A stretch of DNA of 64,000 bases from Nitrospirota bacterium (GTDB lineage Bacteria; Nitrospirota; Thermodesulfovibrionia; Thermodesulfovibrionales; UBA9159). Numbering within the stretch: the first letter of the stretch is position 1; each line of letters starts with the position of its first letter. The position numbers were made by a program, and so were the translations under genes. The stretch lies in assembly GCA_963699545.1 (NCBI GenBank), contig CAVOUE010000005.1:288001-352000 (forward strand). Direction: 5' to 3'. The notes under the pieces were generated by a model, which ran no database searches, had not been told where the DNA came from, and saw only the letters and a program-made list of their open reading frames with translations. Shown in pieces: positions 20,321-31,126 of this stretch.

Positions 20321-20665
20321 CTAATCTGCTCTACCCACTAATCGTGTTATCCCGACGAAGATGACAAACCACCCAATCAGCAGAACCAGTATATTTACTG
20401 CCAACCACAAAACAGCGGACCAGCTCGACGAAAACTGACGTTGCACACCTCGCTCAAAAAAGAACATATCCAAAAAATTGGCAGCTGGCCGCGAGCAGAT
20501 GTACAGACCGAGCATCACGCCGATGATACCATCCACCTTATCCGTACCGGTTAGCGTACGCAGGTAATAGAGCAAACCGCTATAGACAATACCGAGCGCT
20601 GATGCGCACAGAGTCTCGATATTACGTCTGCTCAGATGCTGATCCATAAGGCTTCTTGGTGGCAT
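20321..20665 (-). CDS. Hypothetical membrane protein (3 TM)
   Basis: 114-aa ORF with three hydrophobic segments. Confidence 0.55.
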   Translation of the reverse strand: MPPRSLMDQHLSRRNIETLCASALGIVYSGLLYYLRTLTGTDKVDGIIGVMLGLYICSRPAANFLDMFFFERGVQRQFSSSWSAVLWLAVNILVLLIGWFVIFVGITRLVGRAD

Positions 20666-20836
20666 AATTCGTAGGGGGATAGCCTTTTAGCCTCCACGTC
20701 ATCCTCCAGGGAACAACACCCTGCTCCAGAAGCTGAATTATCTGATTTGTTATCTGATCGAACAGGGGGCGCGGAGGTTATCCCTTTTGAATCTCTGATG
20801 CAGGGCGCAGAGGATCACCCTGCATCAGATCGGGAA

Positions 20837-21400
20837 TTAATCAGGATGTATCTTGGTGAATTTCGCACCCTTAATAGACACTCCGCCCATCAAGCCCTTC
20901 TGACTGAAAATGAAACCGGCAATCGGGTGCTGGCTCCGCAGTGTCTCAACAGAGACTTCTGCGCCTGTGGTAATAAGGGTGATCTCCGCGTCGACGCCTG
21001 CCACCCAGTTCTCACTGCTGCGGAACTTCCTGAGTACCTCATCGGTCATAAACAGGATGACCATATCGTATTTCTCGGCACCGATCTGCCATCCCACCGA
21101 ACCCTCCGCAAGGCTGTAATAGCCCACAGTCTTGCCGCCGACCAGCAGCGCGCCCTGACCGTACTTCCCTCCGACCACGAACCCGGCCTTGGTTATGCCT
21201 GGCATGACGAGCACTCCCTTGGCGCCCTTGAGATATTCGGTGCCTCCCTTGATTTTCTGCTTAAAGCGGCTCATCCCTGCCTTGACGCTAGCGTTGATCT
21301 CTCCTTTCGTCTTCGCATACGACACGGCTGCAAGCAGAGATAACGCAAACGTAAAACCTAAAACCAGTGCAAGCACTCTGCAATAATCACGCATCTTCAT
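20837..21400 (-). CDS. Exported Ysc84/SYLF lipid-binding domain protein
   Basis: Signal peptide; AKGVLV.P...KAGF.VGG.YG.G, S.G.Q.G, GLM.GVS..G.K. Confidence 0.85.
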   Translation of the reverse strand: MKMRDYCRVLALVLGFTFALSLLAAVSYAKTKGEINASVKAGMSRFKQKIKGGTEYLKGAKGVLVMPGITKAGFVVGGKYGQGALLVGGKTVGYYSLAEGSVGWQIGAEKYDMVILFMTDEVLRKFRSSENWVAGVDAEITLITTGAEVSVETLRSQHPIAGFIFSQKGLMGGVSIKGAKFTKIHPD

Positions 21401-21770
21401 CGTCGCTCCTCCTTCCTGCTTGTTTTCCGACCTGCGTCCTCTGTTAACCCATTATAATAAAGTATATCAATTCCTTAGCGTGCTTGCACGTCAGCTTGGC
21501 GTTATCGATTTCCAATAATAATCCGAAGTAAGCGACTACAGTCAACTGTTGCGGTTTTCAGGAAGGACATCAGCCTTCTGCGGATAACAACTCATACTCC
21601 GCACTTTTGTTCAGTATACCACTGGTGCGGACCACAGGAAGGATTTGAGACTTGTTACCAGTTAAACTAAGCAATCGAAATCTTGTTCTTCACAAACTCC
21701 TGATACTCGGTTGAAGAAAAATCGATCCCTACGCCAACAGTTTGGACACAGTTAACAAAGCACCTTGGTC

Positions 21771-21881
21771 TCACTTCTTTGGTCCGTCCTTTTTGCTGTT
21801 GCGAACCATTTGCAACACCGCAAAGATCCCCATTGCAATAACGGCAATACAGAAAACCAGTATGACAATGTTCAGGAACAT
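21771..21881 (-). CDS. Putative 36-aa single-TM small protein
   Basis: MFLNIVILVFCIAVIAMGIFAVLQMVRNSKKDGPKK with AGGAGG RBS. Confidence 0.5.
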   Translation of the reverse strand: MFLNIVILVFCIAVIAMGIFAVLQMVRNSKKDGPKK

Positions 21882-22074
21882 CCTCTTTTTCCTCCTTTCA
21901 AGGTATTTGGGAGCACCATACAAAATAACCATACCTTCTATTGTTGGCTTTGTCAAATTCACAAACGCATCGTTGCCGTACGCTTTGAAAATACTGGGGA
22001 CAACACATCCCAATTTCTTAATACCTTCCCCACGATCAGCCTGACGTCCAACGGGGTTATTCACGCCCGTGCTC

Positions 22075-23058
22075 CTATGGCACCTTATTCCGCACCTCAA
22101 ACAGCATCGCGTCCGGGCTTCCTCCCCTCTGGTACGTGAGCGCCAGTTTACCGAGCAGAAAGCCGAATTTCTTTATTGCGCCCAGCTGGTTAAAAAAGCG
22201 GCCCTCCAGCACCATGGTCTGCTCGCTGCATGCCATTCGCGTCGAGCCGATCTGACCAACCGAGATATCGCCCGCCATGTCACTATCGCTCGCGCTGGCA
22301 AAGTAGCGGTTACACCCCCCGCTGCCGGTGAACTGCCCGTTCAGGTAACGGAGGGTAATGAGCGGCTCGGCCGGCGCCGGCTCGTTCCCACCCCATTGCC
22401 TGAGCACCCACTCTGTTGCCGCAATGCTCTGGAGTGAGAGCCTGCCCGGCTTGTCCTCGGTGACAACCGGATCCAGCACTCCTCCCGGCTCAAGCACCCA
22501 GCCGACGGTCGCAACCTCGCCCGGGCAGCAGGCAAAGTCTGAGGGACCGCCTCTTACCACTTCGAGAATAATAGACCGTCCCTTGATCCTTCCACCGCGA
22601 ACCTGCACACGGTCACCGATAAACTTTGTGGCGATGTTTTGCGGCTCACCACCACGCCGACTGACGACCGCAACATAGAGGAATTGACCGGTGCCGCCAG
22701 TGCCGAGCTTGAGCAGAGTGACCGCTTCATCGAAGCCGTCACCATCGAGGTCCCCGGTGACAATAAAATCTGAGAGGAGACTGAGTATCGGTCTTACCGC
22801 ACCGCCCTCGCTGTAGGCGGGACCTTCCCACCTGCCGCCAATGAGGCGCACGGAGCCTTTGATCCCTTCACAACCGTCAAATCCAGTATAGACGGCGTTC
22901 TCCAGCTCTGCACGGGTGGGAGCCGTGGATACGCTCACCGCTCCTCCGGCCGTCTCGCTCCCGGCGGCAAAGGATTCAACGTAACTGCCGAAGGCAAGAA
23001 AGACAAGAAGGGACAGCAGAACACAGGGCCCTATCCGATACCGACCGGCACATTCCAT
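22075..23058 (-). CDS. Exported protein with C-terminal META (HslJ) domain
   Basis: Signal peptide; GDLDGDG; TEW.L...G.GGCNRY...STRMAC...E..F...L. Confidence 0.8.
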   Translation of the reverse strand: MECAGRYRIGPCVLLSLLVFLAFGSYVESFAAGSETAGGAVSVSTAPTRAELENAVYTGFDGCEGIKGSVRLIGGRWEGPAYSEGGAVRPILSLLSDFIVTGDLDGDGFDEAVTLLKLGTGGTGQFLYVAVVSRRGGEPQNIATKFIGDRVQVRGGRIKGRSIILEVVRGGPSDFACCPGEVATVGWVLEPGGVLDPVVTEDKPGRLSLQSIAATEWVLRQWGGNEPAPAEPLITLRYLNGQFTGSGGCNRYFASASDSDMAGDISVGQIGSTRMACSEQTMVLEGRFFNQLGAIKKFGFLLGKLALTYQRGGSPDAMLFEVRNKVP

Positions 23059-23164
23059 CTTCCGTCAACCTCCTCCCACGGTCTGTTGATCACATGCAGA
23101 CTAAAATAAAGGCACGGCCTGAACGCCTACCCCACTTCACTGCGGGTTCCCTCTCAGCCGATCA

Positions 23165-23740
23165 CTACCTTCGGATACTCTTCCCGATAGAGAAAGCCTC
23201 TCCGAGATAGTCGCCGACTTTATGATAGTGACGTACGTCCGGGCTAAAGATGATAGGTCTCACTTTTTCGATGTCAGGAACTCCTTTTTCGCTGAGCACG
23301 GATTCATCTGCCTTGACATCAAAGATCTCTCCGATAAATTGGGTGTGAAGTCCAATTTCTATGACATGAATGACTTTACACTCCAGGACCAAGGGAAATT
23401 CTTTCAAATAAGGGGCATCGACCAGCTCACTTTTTACAGGGGTAAATCCGGTGGCGGCAAACTTGTCCTCATTCCTGCCCGAAACCGATCCAAAATAATC
23501 GGCTTCCCTGGCATACACTTCAGACGGAATGTTCAGAGTAAATGCCTTTCGTTCCACAATGTTGCCGTAACTATATGTCGCTTTCCTGAGAGAAATCGCC
23601 ACACAGGGAGGCTGAGAACAGCAAATCCCTCCCCATGCAATAGTCATAACGTTCGGTTTCCCTTCCTTATCGTATGTTCCGACAACCCATACCGGTGTCG
23701 GGTACACTAGTGTTTTCGCACCCAATGACTTCTTTATCAT
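23165..23740 (-). CDS. Flavin reductase family protein (flavoredoxin-like)
   Basis: P.PV.VVGTY...PN.M..AWGG, ADYFG..SG, ECKV, H.QFIGEI. Confidence 0.9.
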   Translation of the reverse strand: MIKKSLGAKTLVYPTPVWVVGTYDKEGKPNVMTIAWGGICCSQPPCVAISLRKATYSYGNIVERKAFTLNIPSEVYAREADYFGSVSGRNEDKFAATGFTPVKSELVDAPYLKEFPLVLECKVIHVIEIGLHTQFIGEIFDVKADESVLSEKGVPDIEKVRPIIFSPDVRHYHKVGDYLGEAFSIGKSIRR

Positions 23741-23928
23741 AGTATCCTCCCAGGCCGTGTTGAGAATTGTCGCATTTCTCCCGCCATTCTTCCCATTTTA
23801 GCAGATAGAATGAATGAATGTTGGAGCAGGAGGGCGTGGCTGTTGCGGCATTATGAAATTTGACTATGCCGCTCAGCGGTGCTAAAGTGTTCCTGGATAT
23901 AAGAAAAACAAGAACAGGGAGTGATCGT

Positions 23929-24536
23929 GTGAAAAAGTGTGCGTTTCTCATTGTACCTGTGATGATCACGTTTGCAATGCTTGCGGGGTCCTGTGAGGGC
24001 GGTGATTCTGCCATTAAGGTCGGGCTGATAGTAGAATTGACCGGCGATATCCCGGCTGTCGGCGCATCCTGCAAGGATTCAGCCGAAATGGCCGTCAGGG
24101 AAATAAACGAAGCAGGCCCATCGTCCTGAGATCAAGGCCCCGTTCCTCGGCAGCGATTCATGGGGCAGCCACGACCTCGTCAAACTCTGTGGCGGAGATT
24201 GCGGGGGGGTACTATTTCAGCACCCACTATTCCGCCGGGTCTCCGGCCCCTGCGGCGAGAAAATTCGTCCGGGCGTATACTACGGCATACGGAAAGACCC
24301 CTGATGACGTGGCCGCGCTGACCTACGACTCCTTCGGACTGCTGGGGCAGGCCTTCATGAGAGCAGAAAGGCTCGACCGGCAAGCAGTGCGGGATGCGCT
24401 GGCAAGGATACGGGGATATGAAGGAGTAACGGGCAGAATGCAGTTTCGCGACGACTCCGGGGATCCGATCAAAAGCGCCGTTATCCTCCAGATAAAGGAT
24501 GGGCAGTTCATCTGGTTTGCTGACGCCCAGCCCTGA
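23929..24536 (+). pseudogene. Internally deleted LivJ-type ABC substrate-binding lipoprotein
   Basis: N-term IKVGL..ELTG...EINEA joined out of frame to ...FLGSDSW...AALTYD...GVTG.M.F...GDPIKS; central part missing. Confidence 0.75.
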
Positions 24537-24644
24537 GCCCGCAGAGAATAAGCGGGCCGCGCGTAGCGCGATTGAAGACTGTTGGAAGGTTGACGGGGCC
24601 GCTACGCTTCGCTATCATATGATCAAGAGGAGACCCTGAGGGAA

Positions 24645-25547
24645 ATGTCAATGCGATCTTTCAAGGAAATCAAGCACGATTACCGCTTTGCCGAGGACGA
24701 CGAAAAACGACTCGCGGCGCTCCAACCCCTCATGGAAGAGCACGCTGATGAGATCATGAGCACGCTCAACCTCTGGTTCATCGGAACCAAGGGCGCCTCC
24801 ACGTTTTTTACGGCCGAGACGCTGAAGACCCACGTCTTTAATACGCAGAGGATGTGGTTTGCGAAGCTCTTTTCCGGAACCTATGATAACCGGTTTTATG
24901 AGCAACTGATCAAGATAGGCTCCGCGCATGTGCGCCGCAATGTCGATGTCCACTATCTGCAGCGTGCAGCAAATATCATCAAGAACTCCTGCACCGGGAT
25001 CCTCTCGAAGGTGGAAGTGCCGGTGGCGGAGATCACCAGCAACATCATCAGTGTCGGGAAGATCATCGAAATCAGCATGAGCGTGATCGTGAGCGCTTAC
25101 ATCGAGGAAGAGATGCGCCTCTACTCTCCTGTCTACAAAGTGAAGAGCGTCCTCATCAGCTTTTCGGAGCGGTTCTCCCAGGCCACCAATTTCATGCTGG
25201 TGTTTGCGCTCATCGGTCTGACGATTGGCGTTGTCTGGCTCTTCCTCCGGGATGTGGTCCATATCTTCTCGGGGGATATCGAGAAGGGCGTTATCTCTGC
25301 CCTCGGGTCGATGCTTCTCCTCTGGCTCATGATAGAACTTATGAACACGGAGATCTCTCACCTCAAAGGAGGCAAATTTCATGTAAGCATATTCGTAGGC
25401 GTTGCACTGGTGACGATGATCCGGGAGACGATGATCGCAACTCTCCGCCATGAACAACCGGAGTTCATTTACTACCTTATTGCCGGGATACTCGTCATAG
25501 GCTTCGTATACTGGATCGTCACGAAGACCGAAGACCGGCAGAAATAA
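24645..25547 (+). CDS. Protoglobin-domain protein with C-terminal PsiE-like membrane domain
   Basis: F...D..RL, W...LF.G.YD..Y...L..IG..HV; four C-terminal TM helices with L...EL..T and VAL...IRE. Confidence 0.75.
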   Translation: MSMRSFKEIKHDYRFAEDDEKRLAALQPLMEEHADEIMSTLNLWFIGTKGASTFFTAETLKTHVFNTQRMWFAKLFSGTYDNRFYEQLIKIGSAHVRRNVDVHYLQRAANIIKNSCTGILSKVEVPVAEITSNIISVGKIIEISMSVIVSAYIEEEMRLYSPVYKVKSVLISFSERFSQATNFMLVFALIGLTIGVVWLFLRDVVHIFSGDIEKGVISALGSMLLLWLMIELMNTEISHLKGGKFHVSIFVGVALVTMIRETMIATLRHEQPEFIYYLIAGILVIGFVYWIVTKTEDRQK

Positions 25548-25807
25548 AATAATGGTAAAATAATGGGGACACATCCCCTTTCCAGATGAGATGGTAACGT
25601 ACAAAAAATTAAGCGTGAAAAGTAACGGCAACATGGCCTCATCTCCACGACACTCAACCGTTCCTATTTTCCCCGGTATCCATTAAGAATTTCAATGCAT
25701 TCTGCGTGTGAAGTTTCAGCTGTTCTTTGCTGGAGGCAGCTTTAAATAGAAGTTGCCGCAAAGAAACACTTTAGAAATATGATTTTTGGATAGCGTAAAC
25801 TAAAAGG

Positions 25808-26485
25808 ATGAACGATCTCAACATTCGAGCACTCCGCTCAACTCTCTTTGGCACTATCGTCATGGCGGCACTTCTCTTTATTCCCGCGGGGACGCTCGAC
25901 TACTGGCAGGGATGGGCCTTTATGGCCGTCTTTGTGGGAGCGTCTGCCGCTATCACGGTGTTTCTCGCGATAAAGGATCCGAAGCTCCTCGAGCGGCGCA
26001 TGAGGGCGGGACCAACGGCGGAAAAAGAACCGACGCAAAAAATCATAATGTTTTTTGCGATGGCAGGATTTATCGCCTTGATCGTTTTTCCCCCACTTGA
26101 TCATCGCTTTGGATGGTCTCCTGTGCCGTCGTATATATCCTTTGCGGGAGACGCACTCATCGCGCTCGGATTTCTTCTCATCTTCTTTGTGGTCCGGGTA
26201 AATACCTACGGCGCTTCCACGATTCAGATAGCCGAGGGCCAGAAGGTCATCTCTACGGGCCCGTACGCCCTCGTGCGGCATCCTATGTATGCCGGAGCGC
26301 TTCCTTTACTTGCAGGAGTGCCGCTTGCTCTTGGTTCCTGGTGGGGATTGTCCGGGCTTGTCCTGTTCCTGCCTGCGCTCGTATGGCGGCTTCTTGATGA
26401 AGAGAAGTTCTTGAAGAAGAATCTGCCCGGATATGCGGAATATTGTGAGAAAGTACGTTACAGGCTCATTCCTTTTGTTTGGTAA
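25808..26485 (+). CDS. Isoprenylcysteine carboxyl methyltransferase (ICMT/PEMT) family membrane protein
   Basis: VISTGPY..VRHPMY, EE..L...LPGY.EY...VRYRLIPFVW. Confidence 0.9.
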   Translation: MNDLNIRALRSTLFGTIVMAALLFIPAGTLDYWQGWAFMAVFVGASAAITVFLAIKDPKLLERRMRAGPTAEKEPTQKIIMFFAMAGFIALIVFPPLDHRFGWSPVPSYISFAGDALIALGFLLIFFVVRVNTYGASTIQIAEGQKVISTGPYALVRHPMYAGALPLLAGVPLALGSWWGLSGLVLFLPALVWRLLDEEKFLKKNLPGYAEYCEKVRYRLIPFVW

Positions 26486-26498
26486 AGAATTCAAAGTG

Positions 26499-26740
26499 GA
26501 AAATACCGGGGAACATCCTTTTTCTCAATCGCCTTCCCCGACGTCAAACGGGGTTATTCGCGCCCGCGCTCCCAGGGCAACTTATTTCGCACCTCAAACA
26601 GCATCACGTCCTGACTTCCTCCCCTCTGGTACGTAAACGCCAGGTTACCGAGCAGAAAGCCGAATTTCTTTATTGCGCCCAGTTGGTAACCTCCTCCCAC
26701 GGTCTTCGGATTTTTCGGACCCAATGACTTCTTCATCATA
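26499..26740. repeat. Diverged, doubly deleted copy of segment 21987-23741
   Basis: 26499-26687 resembles 21987-22190; 26688-26705 equals 23067-23084; 26712-26740 resembles 23713-23741. Confidence 0.8.
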
Positions 26741-27842
26741 TCACCGCGCCTGACCGGTAATATCCGTGATCACTTCAGGTGTTCCGAACATCGGGATTCG
26801 CTTCACCACGGTCCCCGAAAAATCGAGCGCATTCAGATCGATCTTCCGGAGATTCTGGTTCTCGTATGTTTTAAAGTAGAAAATACGATGAGTAATATCC
26901 CGGAAAGAGGCCCACTGGGTCGATTCTTTAAGAACGGTTTTCTTGTCCGCCGAAGTATCGGTCACCATGCCGATAGGGATATCGAACGTGTTCATGATAT
27001 GCAGGGCAAGATTCAGATTTCCCGCCGCATCAGGAGCTTTATCGGATAACAGGGTCAGAACGGCAAGCCGCACGAACCTGCTCGGCGGGGTGAGGTCTCC
27101 CCGGGAGGCCGAACATTCCGGACCCATGGCCCGTTGGCAGAAGGGTGCGCCCGAATATACGATACGGTTCGGGACTCTCGGTCTTTATGTCGAGATACTG
27201 CCGCAGGTTCGTCAGGTGCCAGGGGAATGACGGGGCATTCGTCATGATCCCGAGGGGATTGTCGTAGATGTTACACGTGCCGTTTTCATATTCAATAACG
27301 ATACAACCGCCGCTTGCATCATACACGATGAAATGCACGGGCGACGATATTTTCGTCACGGGGTCCGTATACTTGAAGACCTTCAGTTTCCTGATCTCAC
27401 GCCTCACCTCTTCCACACTTGCGAAGTTGCCGAGTATCCAATCTCCGACCATGCCCTGCGCGAGAGAGCGGCTCATCTCGCCCGGGGCAACATCTTGCCA
27501 TATCGTGTCTATCTCGAACCACAGCATACCGATGGCAAGCCCTTTCTCGTTCATACCGTCTGATACGCCGTAGTCCATTCCGAAGGCTGCTACGCCGACG
27601 TACCCATAGCGCGTGTTCCAGATCACTCCTTCTTTCCCATCAGGGGAAGGACTTGCATAGGCCTTGTTCCGGGGAACTACAATAGCATCGTATTTCATAT
27701 CCACCCCAAACTCCAATGAACGTCCTATGATCATCGATCCGTCGCCTGCTTTCAGCCGAAACACGGTGCAAGAGTCCGCAGGCAGAGGGGACAATCCCAA
27801 TAAGAACAAACCACCTATAAGCATCACCATTATTCTTTGCAT
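26741..27842 (-). CDS. Exported linear amide C-N hydrolase (choloylglycine hydrolase/penicillin V acylase family), frameshift near 27100
   Basis: Signal peptide then N-terminal nucleophile CT; GR.LEF, DGMNEKGL, MTNAP.F.WH..NL, PGD..PPSRFVR. Confidence 0.85.
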
Positions 27843-27995
27843 GGCACGCTCCTTTTGCATACTATTTCCTGATGCTCCCGGCGGGCGACCTCCCCTTTCC
27901 TGCCAGACTATAGCACAGGGGGACAGGCTTCGCAAGAATTTGTTCCTGCCTTGAAGGTTTGGCTCGTGAGTCCAAAGAAAAAGGTATAATAGTTC

Positions 27996-28169
27996 ATGGA
28001 AACCTGTCCTGTTTGCGAGCAACCTGTCGCTGCATGCATCTGCTGTCCCGAATGAGGGCATGTCTGCCTCCTGGATCTTGGAGAGCCCTACTGCCCGGTC
28101 TGTAAACCCGCGCCTGCATCGAACGACGATACAACCACCGGCACGCGGGAGCGGGAAGCCGGGCCATAA
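27996..28169 (+). CDS. Putative 57-aa Cys-rich zinc-ribbon-like protein with in-frame TGA (candidate selenoprotein)
   Basis: METCPVCEQPVAACICCPE*GHVCLLDLGEPYCPVCKP...; TGA at 28053-28055 in CPE(C) position; hairpin follows; TATAAT 5 nt upstream of ATG. Confidence 0.6.
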
Positions 28170-28231
28170 GCCTTGCGCAGGGAAGCCCTTCCAAGCTGAA
28201 TAAGAGGAGAACTTTTGTGGTATAATCTTTT

Positions 28232-29543
28232 ATGCATAGCAGGCGCATCTTACCCTTACTGCTTGTTACCTTTCTTCTCTCAATTGTCCCCCCTCTTTCT
28301 TCAAATGAAACTCCACGGGAGGTGATGGTCATCACCGTGGACGGCGTCATCAACCCTGTCTCATCGGAATATATCGGAAAAAGCATCAGGAAGGCAGTCA
28401 GCAAAGGGATGGAAGCGCTGGTGATAGAACTGGATACCCCGGGAGGTCTGGACACGTCGATGAGGAGGATTGTGAAAGACATTGTGAGCAGTGAAGTGCC
28501 GGTGGCGGTGTACGTTGCACCCAGCGGCGCACGGGCGGCATCTGCAGGGCGTATTCTTGACGCTTGCGGCCCATGTGGCCGCCATGGCCCCGGGGACCAA
28601 TATCGGCGCCGCACACCCCGTAGGCCTTGGTGAGAAAATGGACAAGACCATCGCCGAGAAGGCCACCAATGACGCGGCCGCGTATATCAAATCCCTGGCA
28701 GAAAGCAGGGGAAGGAACGCGCAGTGGGCCGAGAAGGCGGTACGGGAGAGCATATCCGCTACAGAAGGCGAGGCGTTGAAGGAACATGTGATCGACCTGG
28801 TGGAGAAGGATATCGCTTCTCTCCTTTCGGATATTGATGGCAGGAAGGTCAGGACCCCCTTTGGAGAGCGGACCCTCAGGACAAAGGACGCGAAGGTGGT
28901 CAGGGAAGAGATAAGCCTGAGACTGAGGATACTGAATTTCATCAGCGACCCCAATGTTGCCTATATCCTCATGCTCCTGGGGTTCTACGGTCTTTTCTTT
29001 GAGCTCACCAGCCCGGGCGCCATTTTCCCCGGCAGTGATGCAGGGGGCATATGCCTCATTCTCGCCTTTTACGCATTCCAGACATTGCCGGTCAATTACG
29101 CAGGTCTCCTCCTCATCATCCTGGCGGTCGTGCTCTTCATACTGGAGATGAAGATCGTCTCCCACGGGGTTCTGACCATCGGCGGGATCATTGCCATGAC
29201 CATCGGCTCCCTTATGCTCTTTGAATCTCCCGGACCCTTTGTGCGGCTCTCCCTTTATCTGGTCCTGCCCGCCGTCTTTATTACCGCCCTTTTCTTTTCG
29301 CCTCACCATCAGCCTTGCACTGAAGGCCCACAGGAGAAGACCTGTCACGGGAAAAGAAGAGCTCACCGGCATGGAAGGGGTCGCAAGAACGGACATCACC
29401 AGGGAGGGAGGCACGGTATCCCTTCACGGAGAGCTCTGGTCCGCCTTTTCAGATGATGCCATCGCAAGAAATGCAATAAGATAGTGGTCGAAGAAGTGAG
29501 GGATCTAAAATTGAAGGTACGCAAACAAAGGAGGGTAGTATGA
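28232..29543 (+). CDS. nfeD: NfeD membrane-bound ClpP-class serine protease (several frameshifts)
   Basis: LDTPGGL, PSGARAASAG, MAPGTNIGAAHPV, OB-fold tail G.V.LHGELWSA. Confidence 0.85.
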
Positions 29544-30318
29544 TGCCTTGTTAGACCACCATTTCTCATGACGGTGCTTTTTGCATTTTTCTTTGCCGCC
29601 TATATTCCTGTCGAGCGCGATCAAGATCCTCAAGGAATACGAGCGGGGGGTCGTCTTCAGGCTGGGCAGGATCATCCCTATCAAAGGACCGGGTCTTGTG
29701 ATCATCTGGCCCATCATCGACAAGCTCGTGAGGGTCAGTCTCAGAACAGTGACCTTCGACGTCCCGGCACAGGACATCATCACGAAAGACAATATCACGG
29801 TGAAGGTCAATGCGGTTGTCTACTTCAGGGTCATCGATCCTATAAAGGCGATCACTGCTGTCGAGGATTTTTTCTACGCAACGTCTCAGATTGCACAGAC
29901 CACTCTTCGCTCCATCCTGGGACAGAGCCAGCTTGACGACCTCCTCACCAAGAGGGACGAACTCAATTCAGAGCTCCAGAAGGTCATCGATTTCCAGACA
30001 GAGCCCTGGGGGATAAAGGTGTCTACCGTTGAGGTGAAGAACGTTGACCTTCCTGTTGAGATGCAGCGGGCCATCGCAAAACAGGCAGAGGCTGAGAGGG
30101 AAAGAAGGGCAAAGGTCATCCATGCAGACGGCGAATATCAGGCATCACAGAAGCTTGCAGATGCAGCACAGATAATGGCAACACAGCCGATGGCGATGCA
30201 GTTGAGGTACCTTGGGACCCTGACTGAAATTGCGAGTGAAAAGAATTCAACGATAATATTCCCTTTGCCCATCGACCTGATTAAACCATTGTTCGACAGG
30301 CTGGAGAAGAAGGACTGA
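29540..30318 (+). CDS. SPFH/stomatin (slipin) family protein (5' end disturbed by indels)
   Basis: [37 protein letters not shown]. Confidence 0.9.
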
Positions 30319-30359
30319 ACGCGGAAGAGAAGGCATAGTCATTGACCACCCGGACGAGG

Positions 30360-31126
30360 ATGAAAAACCATTAACAAGCGCGAGAAGCTAAAGCTCAGAT
30401 TGGAGCTCAGGCTCCTGATCTTCTGTTTCTCCTCATGGGCAGGGTTTACCTGGGACTCGTGTATGAGCTCGGGCATGATCCAAATTCTTTCTCGACAAGA
30501 AAAGAATGGTTGCGTTCCTGGACTCCCTGGGCCCTCTTTCCTTTATAGCATTCATCCTCCTCCAGGTGATACAGGTGGTTGCCGCTCCCATACCCGGTGA
30601 GGTCACCGGACTTCTGGGGGGCTTTCTCTACGGACCGGTGCTCGGAGTGGCCCTTTCCACCGTAGGCCTGACCATCGGTTCCTATGCCGCCTTTGCTCTC
30701 GCAAGGTCCTTCGGAAGACCCTTCGTGGAATGGTTTGTGGATAAAAGGGTCATGAAGAGATTCGACTATCTTCTCCATCACAAAGGGGCGTTCCTGGTCT
30801 TCCTGCTCTTTCTTATCCCGGGGTTTCCGAAGGACTATCTCTGTTATATCCTCGGCCTCGGACATCTCTCCACCGCCGAATTCCTCGTCATAGGCGGTGC
30901 CGGCAGGCTCTTCGGCACCATATTGCTGACCCTGGGAGGCAGCTACATACGCCATCATCAGTACCTGCGGTTCTTCGTTCTCGCAGGCGTCGCAATTATC
31001 GTTGTGTTCATTGCCATGGCTTACCGTGACAAGATAGAGAGGCTCCTCAGGAAATGGCACATCATGAAATACAGACAGCATAAAGCAAGAAAGTCAGCGC
31101 AGAAGAACGTTTTGCCGGGAGGATGA
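30360..31126 (+). CDS. TVP38/TMEM64 (VTT/SNARE-associated) membrane protein; start uncertain
   Basis: LQV..APIPGE.....GG..YG, FLIPGFPKD.L.Y..GL. Confidence 0.8.
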
